Below are positions 40,545 to 52,178 of a stretch of DNA of 64,000 nt, piece after piece (position 1 is the stretch's first letter; each line of letters begins with the position of its first letter). The stretch comes from Andalucia godoyi And28 (lineage: Eukaryota; Protista; Jakobida): the NCBI GenBank assembly GCA_009859145.1, contig VRVR01000009.1, forward strand, positions 148,253 to 212,252. The letters are read 5' to 3'. A program made the translations under genes and the position numbers. The notes under the pieces are model-generated. The model had not been told where the DNA came from. It saw only the letters and a list, made by a program, of their open reading frames with translations, and ran no database searches.

Positions 40545-41315
40545 ATGGGATCTTCGAGCGTGCCCGTGATGAGAGCGGCTGGATGGCGCTGGGCGCTTCC
40601 GAACTTGACGACGCTACTTGGCCTTGGGACTGGACTTACGAGTGTACGATTTGCAATGGCTGGAGATTTTCACCGGTCGCTTTTAATGATTGTTCTTGCG
40701 ACGTTTATCGATGCCCTTGATGGGAAAATTGCTCGAGTTCTGAAAGCTACATCGCATTTCGGTGCGGAGCTGGACTCGTTATCTGATTTTGTCTGTTTTG
40801 GAGCATCTCCTGCTTTTGTTTTGTATATTTTCACGCTTTCTGAACTTGGGATTTATGGATGGTATATTGTACTTTGGCTCTGTGCGTGCGCAGCTTACCG
40901 ACTTGCAAGGTTCAATACTACGGAATTGAGCCCGGGTGAGTTTGACCAGGTCGTTCCAGAAGGCTTCTTCACAGGTGTTCCGGCTCCTGCGGCCGCGGTT
41001 CTGACGCTCTTCCCAATGATTGTGAAGTTGGAGCTTGCGCATTTTCTGCCGTTTGTCACGCCACAACTGTGCGCGGTCAATGGATTTGTGGTTGGCTTGC
41101 TCATGGTCAGCAGGCTTCCCACTCCGTCAATCAAACATATCCGATTCGATTTCAAGCTTTCCGCTCTGATGCTCGTCTCATTTTCGTCATTTGCGCTCTT
41201 CCCGTACGAAACAACCTGCGTCGTTTGTTTTTTGTATCTGTTGCTGCTCCCGGTGTGCTTCTACAAGGCTTACTACGCCCCGGGTTCCAAGAGTCGTTGT
41301 CCAAAGTCACACTAG
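40545..41315 (+). CDS. pssA: Bacterial-type CDP-diacylglycerol--serine O-phosphatidyltransferase (CDP-alcohol phosphotransferase family)
   Basis: LPNLTTLLGL...DALDGKIARVLKATSHFGAELDSLSDFVCFG, RLARFN and FTGVPAPAAA motifs; intronless. Confidence 0.88.
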   Translation: MGSSSVPVMRAAGWRWALPNLTTLLGLGTGLTSVRFAMAGDFHRSLLMIVLATFIDALDGKIARVLKATSHFGAELDSLSDFVCFGASPAFVLYIFTLSELGIYGWYIVLWLCACAAYRLARFNTTELSPGEFDQVVPEGFFTGVPAPAAAVLTLFPMIVKLELAHFLPFVTPQLCAVNGFVVGLLMVSRLPTPSIKHIRFDFKLSALMLVSFSSFALFPYETTCVVCFLYLLLLPVCFYKAYYAPGSKSRCPKSH

Positions 41316-41721
41316 TCCATCCCTCCCAAAGCATGGCACCAACAATAGTTTTATATTCCTCTCTCCTCCCCACCTCGGTTGCTTTTCTTGATTTCTTTGT
41401 TCGGGATGGTTGTCGACTGTAAAGCCTTGGAATCGCACTTCAACCCTCTCTTCCCCCAATGCTTTTCTTCCTGCACGCGTCGATTCCGAAAATTCCCAGT
41501 GGTTGTTGCATTCATTTTTATTATTATTTCTCTTTGTATTACTTTCCATTCCATTCTTCATTTATTTCTCTTTGCTCTATTTTTGCGCTTCCTCTCCGTC
41601 ATCCCCCCTTTCCTTCTAATTGGTGTGGTCTGTCGGGTTTCCAACAACGTTTCAACTGTGGTCTCCTTTTTTTTTTCCTTCTTTTTTTTGTTTCTTTGTG
41701 TGTGTGTGTGTGTGTGTTTTG

Positions 41722-43695
41722 ATGTACGGAAACAGGCTTGCCCTCCCAGCGAGAAAGTCGCTTGCAAAAGCGGTTTCTCGTCTTTCTTTTGCGACAATTC
41801 CGTCTGAACTGGTGTCGAAGCAGCCTGCCCATTCGCAGAATCCATCCAGTGTGTCATCTACCAGCAAGGGCTCTGAAAACAACGCCAGCAACTCCAGCAG
41901 TAACATGAGCGGCAACAACAACAACAGCAATAGCAATAGTAATAACAGCAGCAACAACCGCAATAACAGCGGAAATAAAAAGGAAAGCGGCTCGGTTGGG
42001 AAGTGGCTGTTGTTGGCGTCGTTGACCCCCGTTGCTGCGGTTGCACTCAAGATGCAGACGGACCCAACGTTTGAGAAGCAGGTTCGCGAGTATGTGAAGG
42101 ATAAGTTCGGGGTGACGCTCCCATTTTCGAATAGTGTAAAGCCGCCTATTGGCGAGCTGGAGCTGGAGCAGGCTCGCAAAGTCCGTGATGAACTGGCAGA
42201 GCATGCACAGGAACTGGAGCAAAAGAAGATTCAAGTTCAGATGCAGCACGCCGAGGCAGAACAAGTAGCTCTTGAAAATGAGAAAGCTGCCATCCAAGAA
42301 CTCGAAAGAGAGATTCAAAAGGACGAGGATGCGGTTTCGGCGCTTGCAATGAAGAGCGAGGAGATCAAGACTCTTATTGAGCATGTTGCGGAGGATTTGC
42401 GCAAGGAAAGCCTCAACCGACTGAATGAAGTTGCAGATTCCCATGCCGATGCCGATGCCAGCCAGCAGGATGCATCGTCCGGAACCGACAACACCGGCAG
42501 TGCATCTGAATCAAGAAAGGAAGTGCGTGACCAGCACCTGTTGTTCATGAGTGGGCAGCAGGATACCTCGGATGAACCCGTCGCCGTTTCTGACGAGGAT
42601 TCTGACGACAACGCGTCGTCTTCGTCTTTTGCGCTTTCCAGCGGTGCAAACCCGGACTTCAGCGACTCGTTGCCGCACTTGACCAACGCTGTTTTGGTCC
42701 CTACCAATGACGGCGTTCGAAAGAGTGAGGTTGGTCAGGATGCGCGCGAAACGGTCGACACCACCGGTCCTATTGTTGAGAATGTTGCCAACGCGGATCG
42801 TGCATCAGACACCGCAACACAGTCCAGCAGTGTTCCTGCGGAAGTGGAAGATACTCGCATCAAATTGACTCAGGAAGAGTTGGATGCTCTGGTCGCAAAC
42901 AAAGTGAAGGAAGCCGTCGAGACCGTTGAGCAGCAAATGACAGAATCGACAGATTTCAAGCTTCGGGAGCAGGCAGACAGACTGGTATCTCAGTATGCCA
43001 ACAAACTTCATTCTCTAGAAGCCTCCTTGACGATGAAATACAATGATGAAAGAGACTCGCGCCTTTCGGAACTCGCGCATCTCCGAGATCGTGCGTCGCA
43101 TGCATTCTCTGTTGTCGATGCTCTGAATGTGTTCCGTGCAGAGGCATCCGCCTTTCATGTATTGGAACAGTCATGCGTGTCTCTGATTCGCCAGCTGGAA
43201 TCCAATGCCCCGTTTGCGAAGGAGCTGTCAATCGTCAAGAGCGCTGCTTCCCAGGTGCGACCATTCTTGTCGGATGTTTTGTCGACGCTGGATGGTGTTT
43301 CAAAGAACGGAATTCCGACTGTTGGGGAGTTGGCGTCCAGGTTCGAGGCTTCCGTCTACCCAGAGGCCCGTCGTGCGTGTTTCATCCCATATCATTCGGG
43401 GCTCTTTGGATTTGTCTACGGTTCCATTGCGTCCTCCCTGATCTCCGATAAGGTCCAGCCTCGTGCAGACGACGCATCCGGATATGCAAATCTCTGGAAA
43501 GCTCGAGAGCATCTCAGAAAAGGGCACCTTTTGGCAGCCGTCGAGCAGGTCCGAAACGTTCAAGGCCTCCCAGGAAAGCTCGCTCGCGACTGGCTCAAAC
43601 AGGCCATGGCTCGAATTGCTGCCGAGCAAGCTGCAGATGTTCTTCGTGCTGAAATTGTTCTGTATGCGACATCATTCGAGGAATCCGACGTTTAA
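41722..43695 (+). CDS. MIC60: MICOS subunit Mic60 (mitofilin)
   Basis: Presequence-like N-terminus, a single transmembrane segment (WLLLASLTPVAAVAL), a long coiled coil and a C-terminal mitofilin domain (AREHLRKGHLLAAVEQVRNVQG...DWLKQAMAR). Confidence 0.88.
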   Translation: MYGNRLALPARKSLAKAVSRLSFATIPSELVSKQPAHSQNPSSVSSTSKGSENNASNSSSNMSGNNNNSNSNSNNSSNNRNNSGNKKESGSVGKWLLLASLTPVAAVALKMQTDPTFEKQVREYVKDKFGVTLPFSNSVKPPIGELELEQARKVRDELAEHAQELEQKKIQVQMQHAEAEQVALENEKAAIQELEREIQKDEDAVSALAMKSEEIKTLIEHVAEDLRKESLNRLNEVADSHADADASQQDASSGTDNTGSASESRKEVRDQHLLFMSGQQDTSDEPVAVSDEDSDDNASSSSFALSSGANPDFSDSLPHLTNAVLVPTNDGVRKSEVGQDARETVDTTGPIVENVANADRASDTATQSSSVPAEVEDTRIKLTQEELDALVANKVKEAVETVEQQMTESTDFKLREQADRLVSQYANKLHSLEASLTMKYNDERDSRLSELAHLRDRASHAFSVVDALNVFRAEASAFHVLEQSCVSLIRQLESNAPFAKELSIVKSAASQVRPFLSDVLSTLDGVSKNGIPTVGELASRFEASVYPEARRACFIPYHSGLFGFVYGSIASSLISDKVQPRADDASGYANLWKAREHLRKGHLLAAVEQVRNVQGLPGKLARDWLKQAMARIAAEQAADVLRAEIVLYATSFEESDV

Positions 43696-44109
43696 CGCCT
43701 CTCGACCCACCAGCCCTCTCTTCCATACTTCCACATTCCCACATGCACTTCATAATAATTAAAGAAATGAAAAAAATAATAAAAAGGATGCGCTGAACAC
43801 AGCTTGTTCTCCCCGTCGCCCCGGACACGCGTGCTTTTCTTGTCTAAGTTTTCAGCGTATTGAAGCAGCGATCGTAAATTTAAAATTGAAAAAAGCTTTC
43901 TGTGAAAGCTTGCTCTTCCGATTTGCCTTGGCTTTTCTTCGTTCTTCGTTCTTCGTTCTTCGTTCTTCGGTAATAATATTTTTTTTCTTTTTCTTTTCTT
44001 TTTTCTTTTGTTTGTTTTGTCTGAATATGTTTTTGATTTCCAAGTAGAGGAAACGTCTCGAGACTGCTTGCAGAGACTTTGGGTCGCGGTCTATCCCTAC
44101 GGAGCTTGA

Positions 44110-46835
44110 ATGTCGTTTGCGGGTGATGGAGAAGACGATGACGACTTTGGCGACTTTGTGTCGGCGCCCGTACAGCCGGTGGCAATTGCACAGAATCCGT
44201 CTTCTTCTTCTCATGCTGCTGCGATAAGGAGCGGTACGGTCCCCCCTGCGGCTCCGGTTCCATCGCATGCAGCTGTTGCGGAGCCACACATGCCGCCGCA
44301 GTCCGCTGCGCCAAAACCGTCGACAACGTCCATTGTTGCGTCTGTGTCGTCTGTTTTGGCGAAGAAACAGTCGAATGCATCCGATGTAGACAAGCTGCTG
44401 GATTCCGCCTTTGTTGGATTTGCGACGGCGCTCAAGAACGATTGGGCGAAGAAGCCGCTGCTTGGTACTCAGAATGGGGCAGCTGCTTCTGAACAGTCAT
44501 CTGTTTCCGCGACCGCGACTGCGGCTGCAGAGTTCAGTGAGTCGGAGGCATCTCGAAAAACATCCGGCAACGTTCGTTCGAAATCTATATTGAAGGTTCC
44601 TGGATCTGCTCGCGAAAAACCGAGAAGAAAACTGCAGTTTTCCAATGATGTGCAAGTTCAATTGTACTACAAAGACACCGTCCGAAGCGTGGATGACTTT
44701 TCAACAATGGAGGATGATTTTCAGTTTGGGGACGATGATTTCGGTGCTGCCGGGTTCATGGGCAAATCGGTGACAACGTTGTCGCCGTCGCACACCAATT
44801 CCAAGGGAGCGTCCATCGTGCTTCCAACCACGCCACTGGTGTTTAAGCGCAAGAACAAGGTGCTGGTACAAGTACACGACATTCCGAGTCCACCGCACTC
44901 GCCAACTTCGTCGCCTCCGGATAGGAAGAATACCTCTTCGTCGCTTCCGCTTTCATCTGCGCCTTTGCAACCAGCAGAGACGTCTTCTCAGGTTCCTTTG
45001 ACGCCTTATTACGCGCCTCCAGTGCCTCCTCCAATGCCACCCCCAGTGCCTATTTTCGACGCTCCCCCAGTACCAATTATGTTCAATTCGAGCCCATACG
45101 GTCTTTCCACGGCAATTCCGGCAACCAATGCGGAGCCCGTTTCGATCGCAGTTCGGACGGGAGCGACAAGCGAATTAGTAGAGCAAACCGAGGACGACTG
45201 GGGTGATTTTCAATCGAGTTCATTAATCGATCCGGCGCTTGAAAAACAACAAGAGACTTTGACATTTCAAGCAAGCAATGCGGCGTCTCTATCACATTCA
45301 ACGTCGTTCTCGTTGAATCAACCACTTGCACCGGTACCGCAGCCTTCAGAGGCGAATGACAGCGGTTTTCTTTCTGGTACTGATTCCACGTTGTCGGCAT
45401 CAGGTTTGGAAGACAATGGCTGGTCTTCTTTTGAGTCTGGTCCGTCCAGCGACGTTTCGACGTTTAGTATGCAAGAAAAAGAACCCGATCTTTCGTGGGC
45501 TCCGACCTCTTTCAGTTCGACTGCAGCAACGCCATCTGCGGTGTCATTCTCTTGGGATGTTGTGCCAGCATCCGCAATGTCTGCGCTGCTGCATCCTCCT
45601 CTTCCTTCCTCCTCCTCCTCCTCCCTTCCTCCTCCTCCTCTTCTTCTTCTTCTTTGTCGCTTGGCGTTTTCCCGGTTTCTGCGGCAGCTGAAGAGCCAAA
45701 GCGCTTTGCTGTTCATTCGGATGACCCGTTTGCTTGGACAACGTCGACTAGCTCGATGTCGTCATTTAGTTTCTCCTCCGGTGACAACAACCCTGCAATG
45801 GTTTCCCAGAACCGCAAGGACCGCCAGGACCGCCAGTACGATGTCAGTGTTCCCAATTCCGCAGGATCGCCGCTTCTTTCTGAACGCACCTCGTCGTCAG
45901 TGTCTGTATCCGTTGAAACTCCTGCATCTACACCTGCACCAGTACCTGTACCTGTGGAGCACAGCCCATCTTCGCGAAATCCAACTTCGCACGATTTCTG
46001 TAGCTCGACTGGATCTTCACAATTGTCGTCGCCGCAAATCCCCGCAAATCCGGATGCACAACATTCATGTGCATCGTCGGACGGCACCGCCGCGTCTGTC
46101 TGGAGCCAGACCAACTCTTCAACTGTCGAGACATTGAGGAACTCGTGGAATTCCGTTTCAGTAACACATGATCAAGGTACTCCAGTGTCAAAACATGAAA
46201 CCCCGTCGATCGCTGTTCCTGGCGCTGCAACACCATCATCCACAAGCCTGTCGATAGCGCCTGCTGCTGTTGCAGCGACCATCACGAAGCCATTGACGCT
46301 TGAGCAATGCGCCCAGTTGTTGGAGAACAAGTGTTATTTCTACGATTCTCATTTGCTGCGCAACCATCTGTCTTCGCAAACGATGCTGGCTACGCTCTCT
46401 GCGGAATACCGCATTTTCAAAGAGAACGACCAGCTTGAGGAAGCCCTGGATGTTCGGAAGAAGATGAATAATGCACAGTCCTCTGTTCTTTCCGAGTCTG
46501 TTATTGTGAATCTCAGACAGAAAGCGACAGGGGATACTAAGCAGCCAACGGAAGCAGCAATCCTCGAGTTATTAGAACGTGGTGTGGACAATATCGCCAA
46601 GGAGAAGATGGTCGTGTTTGCACAACCGCTACTGTTATTCCTTCAAGAGCTAGGCGGAATGGCGGATCCAAAGTCGATGCACAGAGTGTTGCGGATTCCG
46701 AAGGTGCTAGATTTGATTCGATATTTTGATTCGATGAACACAAAGTTCCCTTCAAAGCCAAGCTTCGTGGCAAGTCTTCATTCAGACATCGCCTTTTGGG
46801 TTGCCAAGATTGCAGGGAATGGCACAATCAGATAG
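44110..46835 (+). CDS. Aftiphilin/synergin-like clathrin-adaptor accessory protein; frameshift in a (CCT/CTT)n tract near 45600-45650
   Basis: Gamma-ear-binding-type motifs DDDDFGDF, DDFQFGDDDFG, DDWGDFQ, NGWSSF and DDPFAW. ORFs 44110-46137 and 45495-46835 overlap across the microsatellite. Confidence 0.6.
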
Positions 46836-46915
46836 TCGGATAAATCGAAACTGCACTAAAAACATGCACTGTTCTATACATACGTAGTATTTTTAATTAA
46901 TGGCTCCTTTATATA

Positions 46916-48775
46916 CTAATCATCGTCCTCTTCATCCGAAGAGGCGTCGCTCGAATCAGCATCCTCTTCGTCTTCATCGCCACTATCCACATCGTCGTCG
47001 TCATCGTTCTCTTCAGCATCCTCATCCTCATCCTCCTCATCCTCATCACCAGACATATCCTCGTCTTCGGCATCTTCATTGTACGTGCGCTGGTTGACAA
47101 TTTCTCGAACAACATCCTTTTGCAGGGAAGTGGCGTCGAGGGACACCTCGAGAGCCTCCTCTTCTTCTTCAGGAGCAGCCTGGTGAGACTGGGACAGAAT
47201 AAGGTCCAGGCGGCCGGATAGACGTACCATCCGCGGACAGTTTTTCATTCGTTGTTCAACAACACACAGCAAGCGAGATAGCTCCAGAGACGACGAAGTC
47301 GATGAGCTCAAGAAGGAAGCATAGAGAGAAAGAGTAGACCTGAGCCACGGCACGAGCATTCTTGCTCTCGTCGGCTTGTCCGAAAAACGGGCAACAATTT
47401 GCTGCAACAGCAGCGGGACCATTGTGACCGGAATTCTGCGAATGGATGCCGTGATGGTCTTGCTGTCCGAGCGCGCAGAAGCAACGACCTGATCAAACAA
47501 TGCTGCGTCTCCAGACTGCAGAGCTTGCATTAATGCCGCTGACAGAGATGATGCGGTTGGAATGGAAGAAGATCGAGCAGATCCTTCCTTTCGCTGGTCC
47601 ATCGTCGACAGTGCACGAAGCTGCTCTTCAAGAGTCAGAGAAGCACGATCCACGGCATTGCAAGACGCCAGTTCCTTTGCTCGCATCTCTGACAACTTTG
47701 AACGCTTCGAGGACGGCGCAGGCACGACTTGGACTTCACCATGAGAAGGCTGCGATTCTCCAGATCGCCCGACTTTCGTATCTGCTTTCACAGAACTCTC
47801 CTCCGACTTGTGCTGTTGCAAGGGCTTCCCGACGAAATCCGAAAACTGCAAAACACCAACGTTTCCTTTGCTGCTCGGGTCAATCTTGACAAACAGTGGC
47901 CGAATCGATTCTCCATAAGCCACAAGGACATCCGTAGCCGACGTGGAGCAAACAGCGCGGGCACCCGCTCCTTTCAGGACGAGGCTGGCGGTCTGCGACC
48001 CTTTCTTATTCAAATCTGCGAACGCAACGGATCCATCCTCGAGCACGACACTCAGCAGCCCCGAGGGCTCATGGACGGAAAGTTCCACGGGGACAGATGG
48101 AAAGGAGATCACAGAAACTGGTGTGTCCAAATCCTCATCCAGAGACCAAACCTGTACCGAACGGTCTTCAGATGCACACGACACAGCGCTTCTGTTCCAG
48201 ACCGCCAGTCTTTTGATTGCATTTGCATGGCCTGATTTCTTTGCAGTAAATGTTCCAGAAACAGTGTTGTAAACATGGATGCTCGAGCTCGCAACCAGCA
48301 GGCCCGGAAGAAGCTTCTCTCTGCTCTTTTTCTTTGTGGAAGGCGCAGCAATGTCCACTGCACAGACGCAAGAGCACTTTTGATCCTCCAATCTATACAC
48401 CTCCGACTGATTTGCAATGTCGTAGCACACCACAGGGCCTTTGCCCGCCCCGGCCACAAGTCTTCCAAGCGAATCAAATGCCACACTGACGACTTTAGCC
48501 TTTGAAGACGATGATGCAGTCATGCTGAACGACGCAATCTGAGAAGACTTTGCAACATCAAAAACGACGACTGATCCATTTGGAAACCCAGCAGCCAGTT
48601 GAGAGCCTGATGCAGAGAATGAAATCGACGAAACCTCATTGGTGCGACGATTGGAAGAGTCACTCGCAAGCTCACAGACCAGAGTCTTGGAAATCGTCGA
48701 CAACACAGACACCTTCCCTTCTGATCCAGACGTCGCAAACAACGACCCGTCTTTTGAAAACACTGAACACACCAT
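46916..48775 (-). CDS. WDR43: U3 snoRNA-associated protein Utp5/WDR43
   Basis: N-terminal WD40 repeats, Utp12 domain (SLSAALMQALQSGDAALFD...WLRSTL...RLSGRLDLIL) and an acidic tail. A 5' exon may be missing. Confidence 0.88.
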   Translation of the reverse strand: MVCSVFSKDGSLFATSGSEGKVSVLSTISKTLVCELASDSSNRRTNEVSSISFSASGSQLAAGFPNGSVVVFDVAKSSQIASFSMTASSSSKAKVVSVAFDSLGRLVAGAGKGPVVCYDIANQSEVYRLEDQKCSCVCAVDIAAPSTKKKSREKLLPGLLVASSSIHVYNTVSGTFTAKKSGHANAIKRLAVWNRSAVSCASEDRSVQVWSLDEDLDTPVSVISFPSVPVELSVHEPSGLLSVVLEDGSVAFADLNKKGSQTASLVLKGAGARAVCSTSATDVLVAYGESIRPLFVKIDPSSKGNVGVLQFSDFVGKPLQQHKSEESSVKADTKVGRSGESQPSHGEVQVVPAPSSKRSKLSEMRAKELASCNAVDRASLTLEEQLRALSTMDQRKEGSARSSSIPTASSLSAALMQALQSGDAALFDQVVASARSDSKTITASIRRIPVTMVPLLLQQIVARFSDKPTRARMLVPWLRSTLSLYASFLSSSTSSSLELSRLLCVVEQRMKNCPRMVRLSGRLDLILSQSHQAAPEEEEEALEVSLDATSLQKDVVREIVNQRTYNEDAEDEDMSGDEDEEDEDEDAEENDDDDDVDSGDEDEEDADSSDASSDEEDDD

Positions 48776-49240
48776 CCTGCCTTTTCCCCTTGACGAATTA
48801 AAGCCCAAATCAACTCACACTCGAAGAAAAACAAACACTGAAAGGGAGAAAATAACCAAGAATGAAGCGCAGAAAAAGAGCGAAAAAAAAAAACCTGATT
48901 CCTCTTTTTGTGCTGGAGTTGGCGCAAAAAGCGCTACTTGGAGAAGTCCTTATTGCTTCTTCACGAAAGGGTCGATTACAACAGAAGCATCCGAAACCGG
49001 CAGGTCAGGGTTGATGCTTGATGGTAGAAGTTGGGGGGGGACAGACGAAAAACATAAAAGCTCTCGGGAAAAAAGGCGTTTTTAAATCACCCATCATCAA
49101 GCACAGCTTTCCATAGTCCGTCATCGTTTCTCATTGTCACACAGCTTGTATTTGTACTGTCATTATATTAACATTATTATTATTATTATTATTGTTGTTG
49201 TTGTTGTTGTTGTGGGTGTATATTATTTGATTGTTGCAGA

Positions 49241-49774
49241 ATGGGAGCGTCTTCGTCATCACTGCGTCCCGAGGAGGTTGAGGAGCTGCAATCCGGGACA
49301 AACTTCACGTCAAAGGAAATCAAGCGCTTGTATAAGCGATTCAAGAAGCTTGATCGAGACGGGTCCGGCACGATTACTGCGGATGAATTTCTCATGATTC
49401 CAGAACTTGCGGTGAATCCTCTGCGGGCGCGAGTGATCTCAATCTTTGACACAGACAAGGACGAAACGGTGAACTTTAAAGAGTTCATTTCTGCGCTGTC
49501 TGTGTTTTCGGCAAAGGGCGACAAAGAGTCCAAGCTGGCGTTTGCCTTCAAGATCTACGATCTGGATGGAGACGGATTTATTACAAACTTCGAGCTGTTT
49601 ACTGTCCTGAAGATGATGGTTGGAAACAATCTTTCGGACGTGCAGCTGCAGCAAATCGTCGACAAGACTATCGCAGAGGCTGATCTTGACAAGGACGGAC
49701 GCATTTCAATGCAAGAATTCGGAAACACGCTTTCCATGTCCGATTTGGACTCCAAGATGACGATCCGTTTCTAA
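49241..49774 (+). CDS. CNB1: Calcineurin regulatory subunit B
   Basis: MGASSS myristoylation signal, RLYKRFKKLDRDGSG, IPELAVNPL, four EF hands and QQIVDKTIAEADLDKDGRIS. Confidence 0.96.
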   Translation: MGASSSSLRPEEVEELQSGTNFTSKEIKRLYKRFKKLDRDGSGTITADEFLMIPELAVNPLRARVISIFDTDKDETVNFKEFISALSVFSAKGDKESKLAFAFKIYDLDGDGFITNFELFTVLKMMVGNNLSDVQLQQIVDKTIAEADLDKDGRISMQEFGNTLSMSDLDSKMTIRF

Positions 49775-50059
49775 CACCGCTCGTTTCCACGATCTGCTCT
49801 TCTTCCACGTGTTCTTCTTGGTCTGGTTGCTGTTGGTGGTCGTGACGATTTCTGTGTTGTCGTTGAGAGGTATTTTTGATTTGATGCTTGTGTGTGTGCG
49901 CGCGCGGGGGAAAAAAAAGAAAAAAGAAAAACAAATAGTCTTATTGCATGTTGAGGGGCATAAGTGATGAAAACGAACCTTGTTGTCCATGGTGTAAAAA
50001 ACCTGTAAGTACGTATGTCCATATAACGTTTGTTGATATCGAATAAAATAACGTTGCTG

Positions 50060-50879
50060 CTATGCACACAACTGGTTGAAAATGGCGAGGTCGTTTGCAA
50101 GTTTTCCCAGCCCGGCTCCTTGAAACCACGCCTGGAAACCAAGAAGTGGACCGCCTTTGAAACGAACAAATGCATAGAGGCATCGTATGCTCTCGGTGTC
50201 AGATGCAAGAGACGCTTCTCTCAGCTCCTGGGTCTTGAAGTGCTCGTCTTCGGCCTTCATTCTGACGAGATCCTCGCGCATGGACTTCATTCTGTTGGCC
50301 TCCGCGGAAGTATACTTGCCCTCCAGTACGAGCTCGTCCTTCCTTGCTTCCTCTACAAGTGAATAGGTGGACACGAGTCTCTTCGTCAACCGCTCGGCAT
50401 CAAGGAACAGCTCATCAAATTGCCGAAACGCAATGGACGTGCAAAACCGGACAATCGCATCGCTCTTCATGTTTCGCGTCTTCGGTTTCTCTGTTGGATC
50501 GGCATCAGGAGTGCCGCCATCGTCATTGCCACCGGGTACGATCTCGGACTTTCTTCTTGTAGGATGGCGCTCGACTTTCACTAAACTATTCTCCGCAGAA
50601 TCGATAAATTCCAAAATAGACTTTGCACAATGCAATGCAACGTCCCGCATGGTGGTTCTCAAAAACACAAAAGCATCGTATAATGCACTGAGCGACTGCA
50701 TATCTGCTGCATAATCGGTTGCATTCAGATTCATGCACTCCAGCAGGTTCTTCACGATACGAATTGCATGCGAATGACGAAAGTCCCCGGGACACAGCTT
50801 CAGCTTTCGACTTGTAATCTTTGGTGGCGCAGCCGCGCTTCGTACGTCTCGCTTTCTCGAAGCCACAGCCGTGGAAGCA

Positions 50880-50910
<31 letters not shown>

Positions 50911-51328
50911 GGTCTGGAATCGACAGCTCGGGAAAGAGATAGATGGGGACAAACATCGCTGCAAACCCAGCAGCAAAATCTGAATTTTTCGAATCAATTT
51001 CAGAAGGAATCGGCGCAGCATTCTTCAGCATTTGAAGGAACGTTTCACCCGAGTGAATGATCCTCCCAACAGACCGAGACGGGCTTGAAAAGTCGTGATC
51101 CATGTCTGCAACTGTCTTTGAAGAAGGAGTAACTGAGGATGATTTGCGAACTCCATGGAAGTTATGTGAATCAATGGCAATCGGACGACGCTTAGCATTC
51201 TGCAGATGCGGACTGTCCAGAATGTTGTCAGAGGACCACGTGATGTCGAAAATTCTTCTTGGCGTAGCAGCAGGAGTGCGATGATTGGAGTCCTGCTTCG
51301 GAGACAGCGTCCCCAAAAGCTTCTTCAT
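50060..51328 (-). CDS. Hypothetical protein, 422 aa
   Basis: Long ORF with coding-like composition, bounded by AT-rich spacers; no family recognised. Confidence 0.75.
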
Positions 51329-51535
51329 TCTGCACTCTGATTCTCGTGCTCTGTACAGCTACTCTGATCGCTTTCTTTTTGGAGAATGAATGAATGCGTG
51401 GATGCAGAAAGTTAATTTAAAAATAAATTAAAATTAAAAATTAAAAATTTAAAAAAAAAAACACGTACGAGTGACCGTTTTGTGTATCAACATTGAACAT
51501 CAAACAAACACTATCATGCTGAAGGTTTTATTTAC

Positions 51536-51884
51536 ATCTAACTCTACGGAGACGCGATCTTCTTACCGTAGTCAAGCCCAATATTTCTTCATTCTTCACT
51601 CTTCACTTTTTATTCATTCTATAATTATCTGTTTGTGTTTTTTATAATCGAACCCTCAAGCAGCACCTTTCATCAGGGACAAAGCATCTCGTGGCTCCAA
51701 AGAGGGATCTTCCCAACAAACCCAGACCGACCATGCCCGACGGTGCCGAGAACCAAGAAACTCGTGGTTGCGATGACCCTCTGATGTAGAGCAATCTGCA
51801 TTGAAGAGTTGGCACTCGTCCCAAATAAATAAAAACAAAAAACAAAGTGGCTTGGATCTGTTTTCGGTGACAGCTTAGCCCGAT
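51536..51884 (-). repeat. Dispersed repeat, copy B (lacks about 210 bp present in copy A)
   Basis: The reverse complement aligns to 7191-7310 and 7520-7750. Confidence 0.9.
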
Positions 51885-52178
51885 GATCAAGAAAATGATT
51901 CATGTTTTGGCGGGCGGAAGCAAGAACAGAAAACGGAGTTCGGGCGCCAAAAGAACAAAACAGGCTTCCGAAGTCTCAATTCTCCAGCATCAAAGCCTCC
52001 TCATTATTATTTATTTTTTTTGTGTTCGCTTTTTTCCCGTTCTTTTTTAGCTGTCCCATTTGCATTCGACGTTTCGAAATTTTGTGAGTTTTTCTTGTTC
52101 TTGTTCTTGTCTTGTCCTTCTTCTTCTTTGGTATCATTTATCCTTTTGAATAAAAACCTGTGGGTCACAAGGATAGTG

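Noticed and set aside
51543-51575. Hairpin followed by TCAA, like an IS200/IS605 right end
   Set aside because: Similarity between the copies continues past TCAA, so it is not clearly a terminus, and no TnpA or TnpB sequence is attached.
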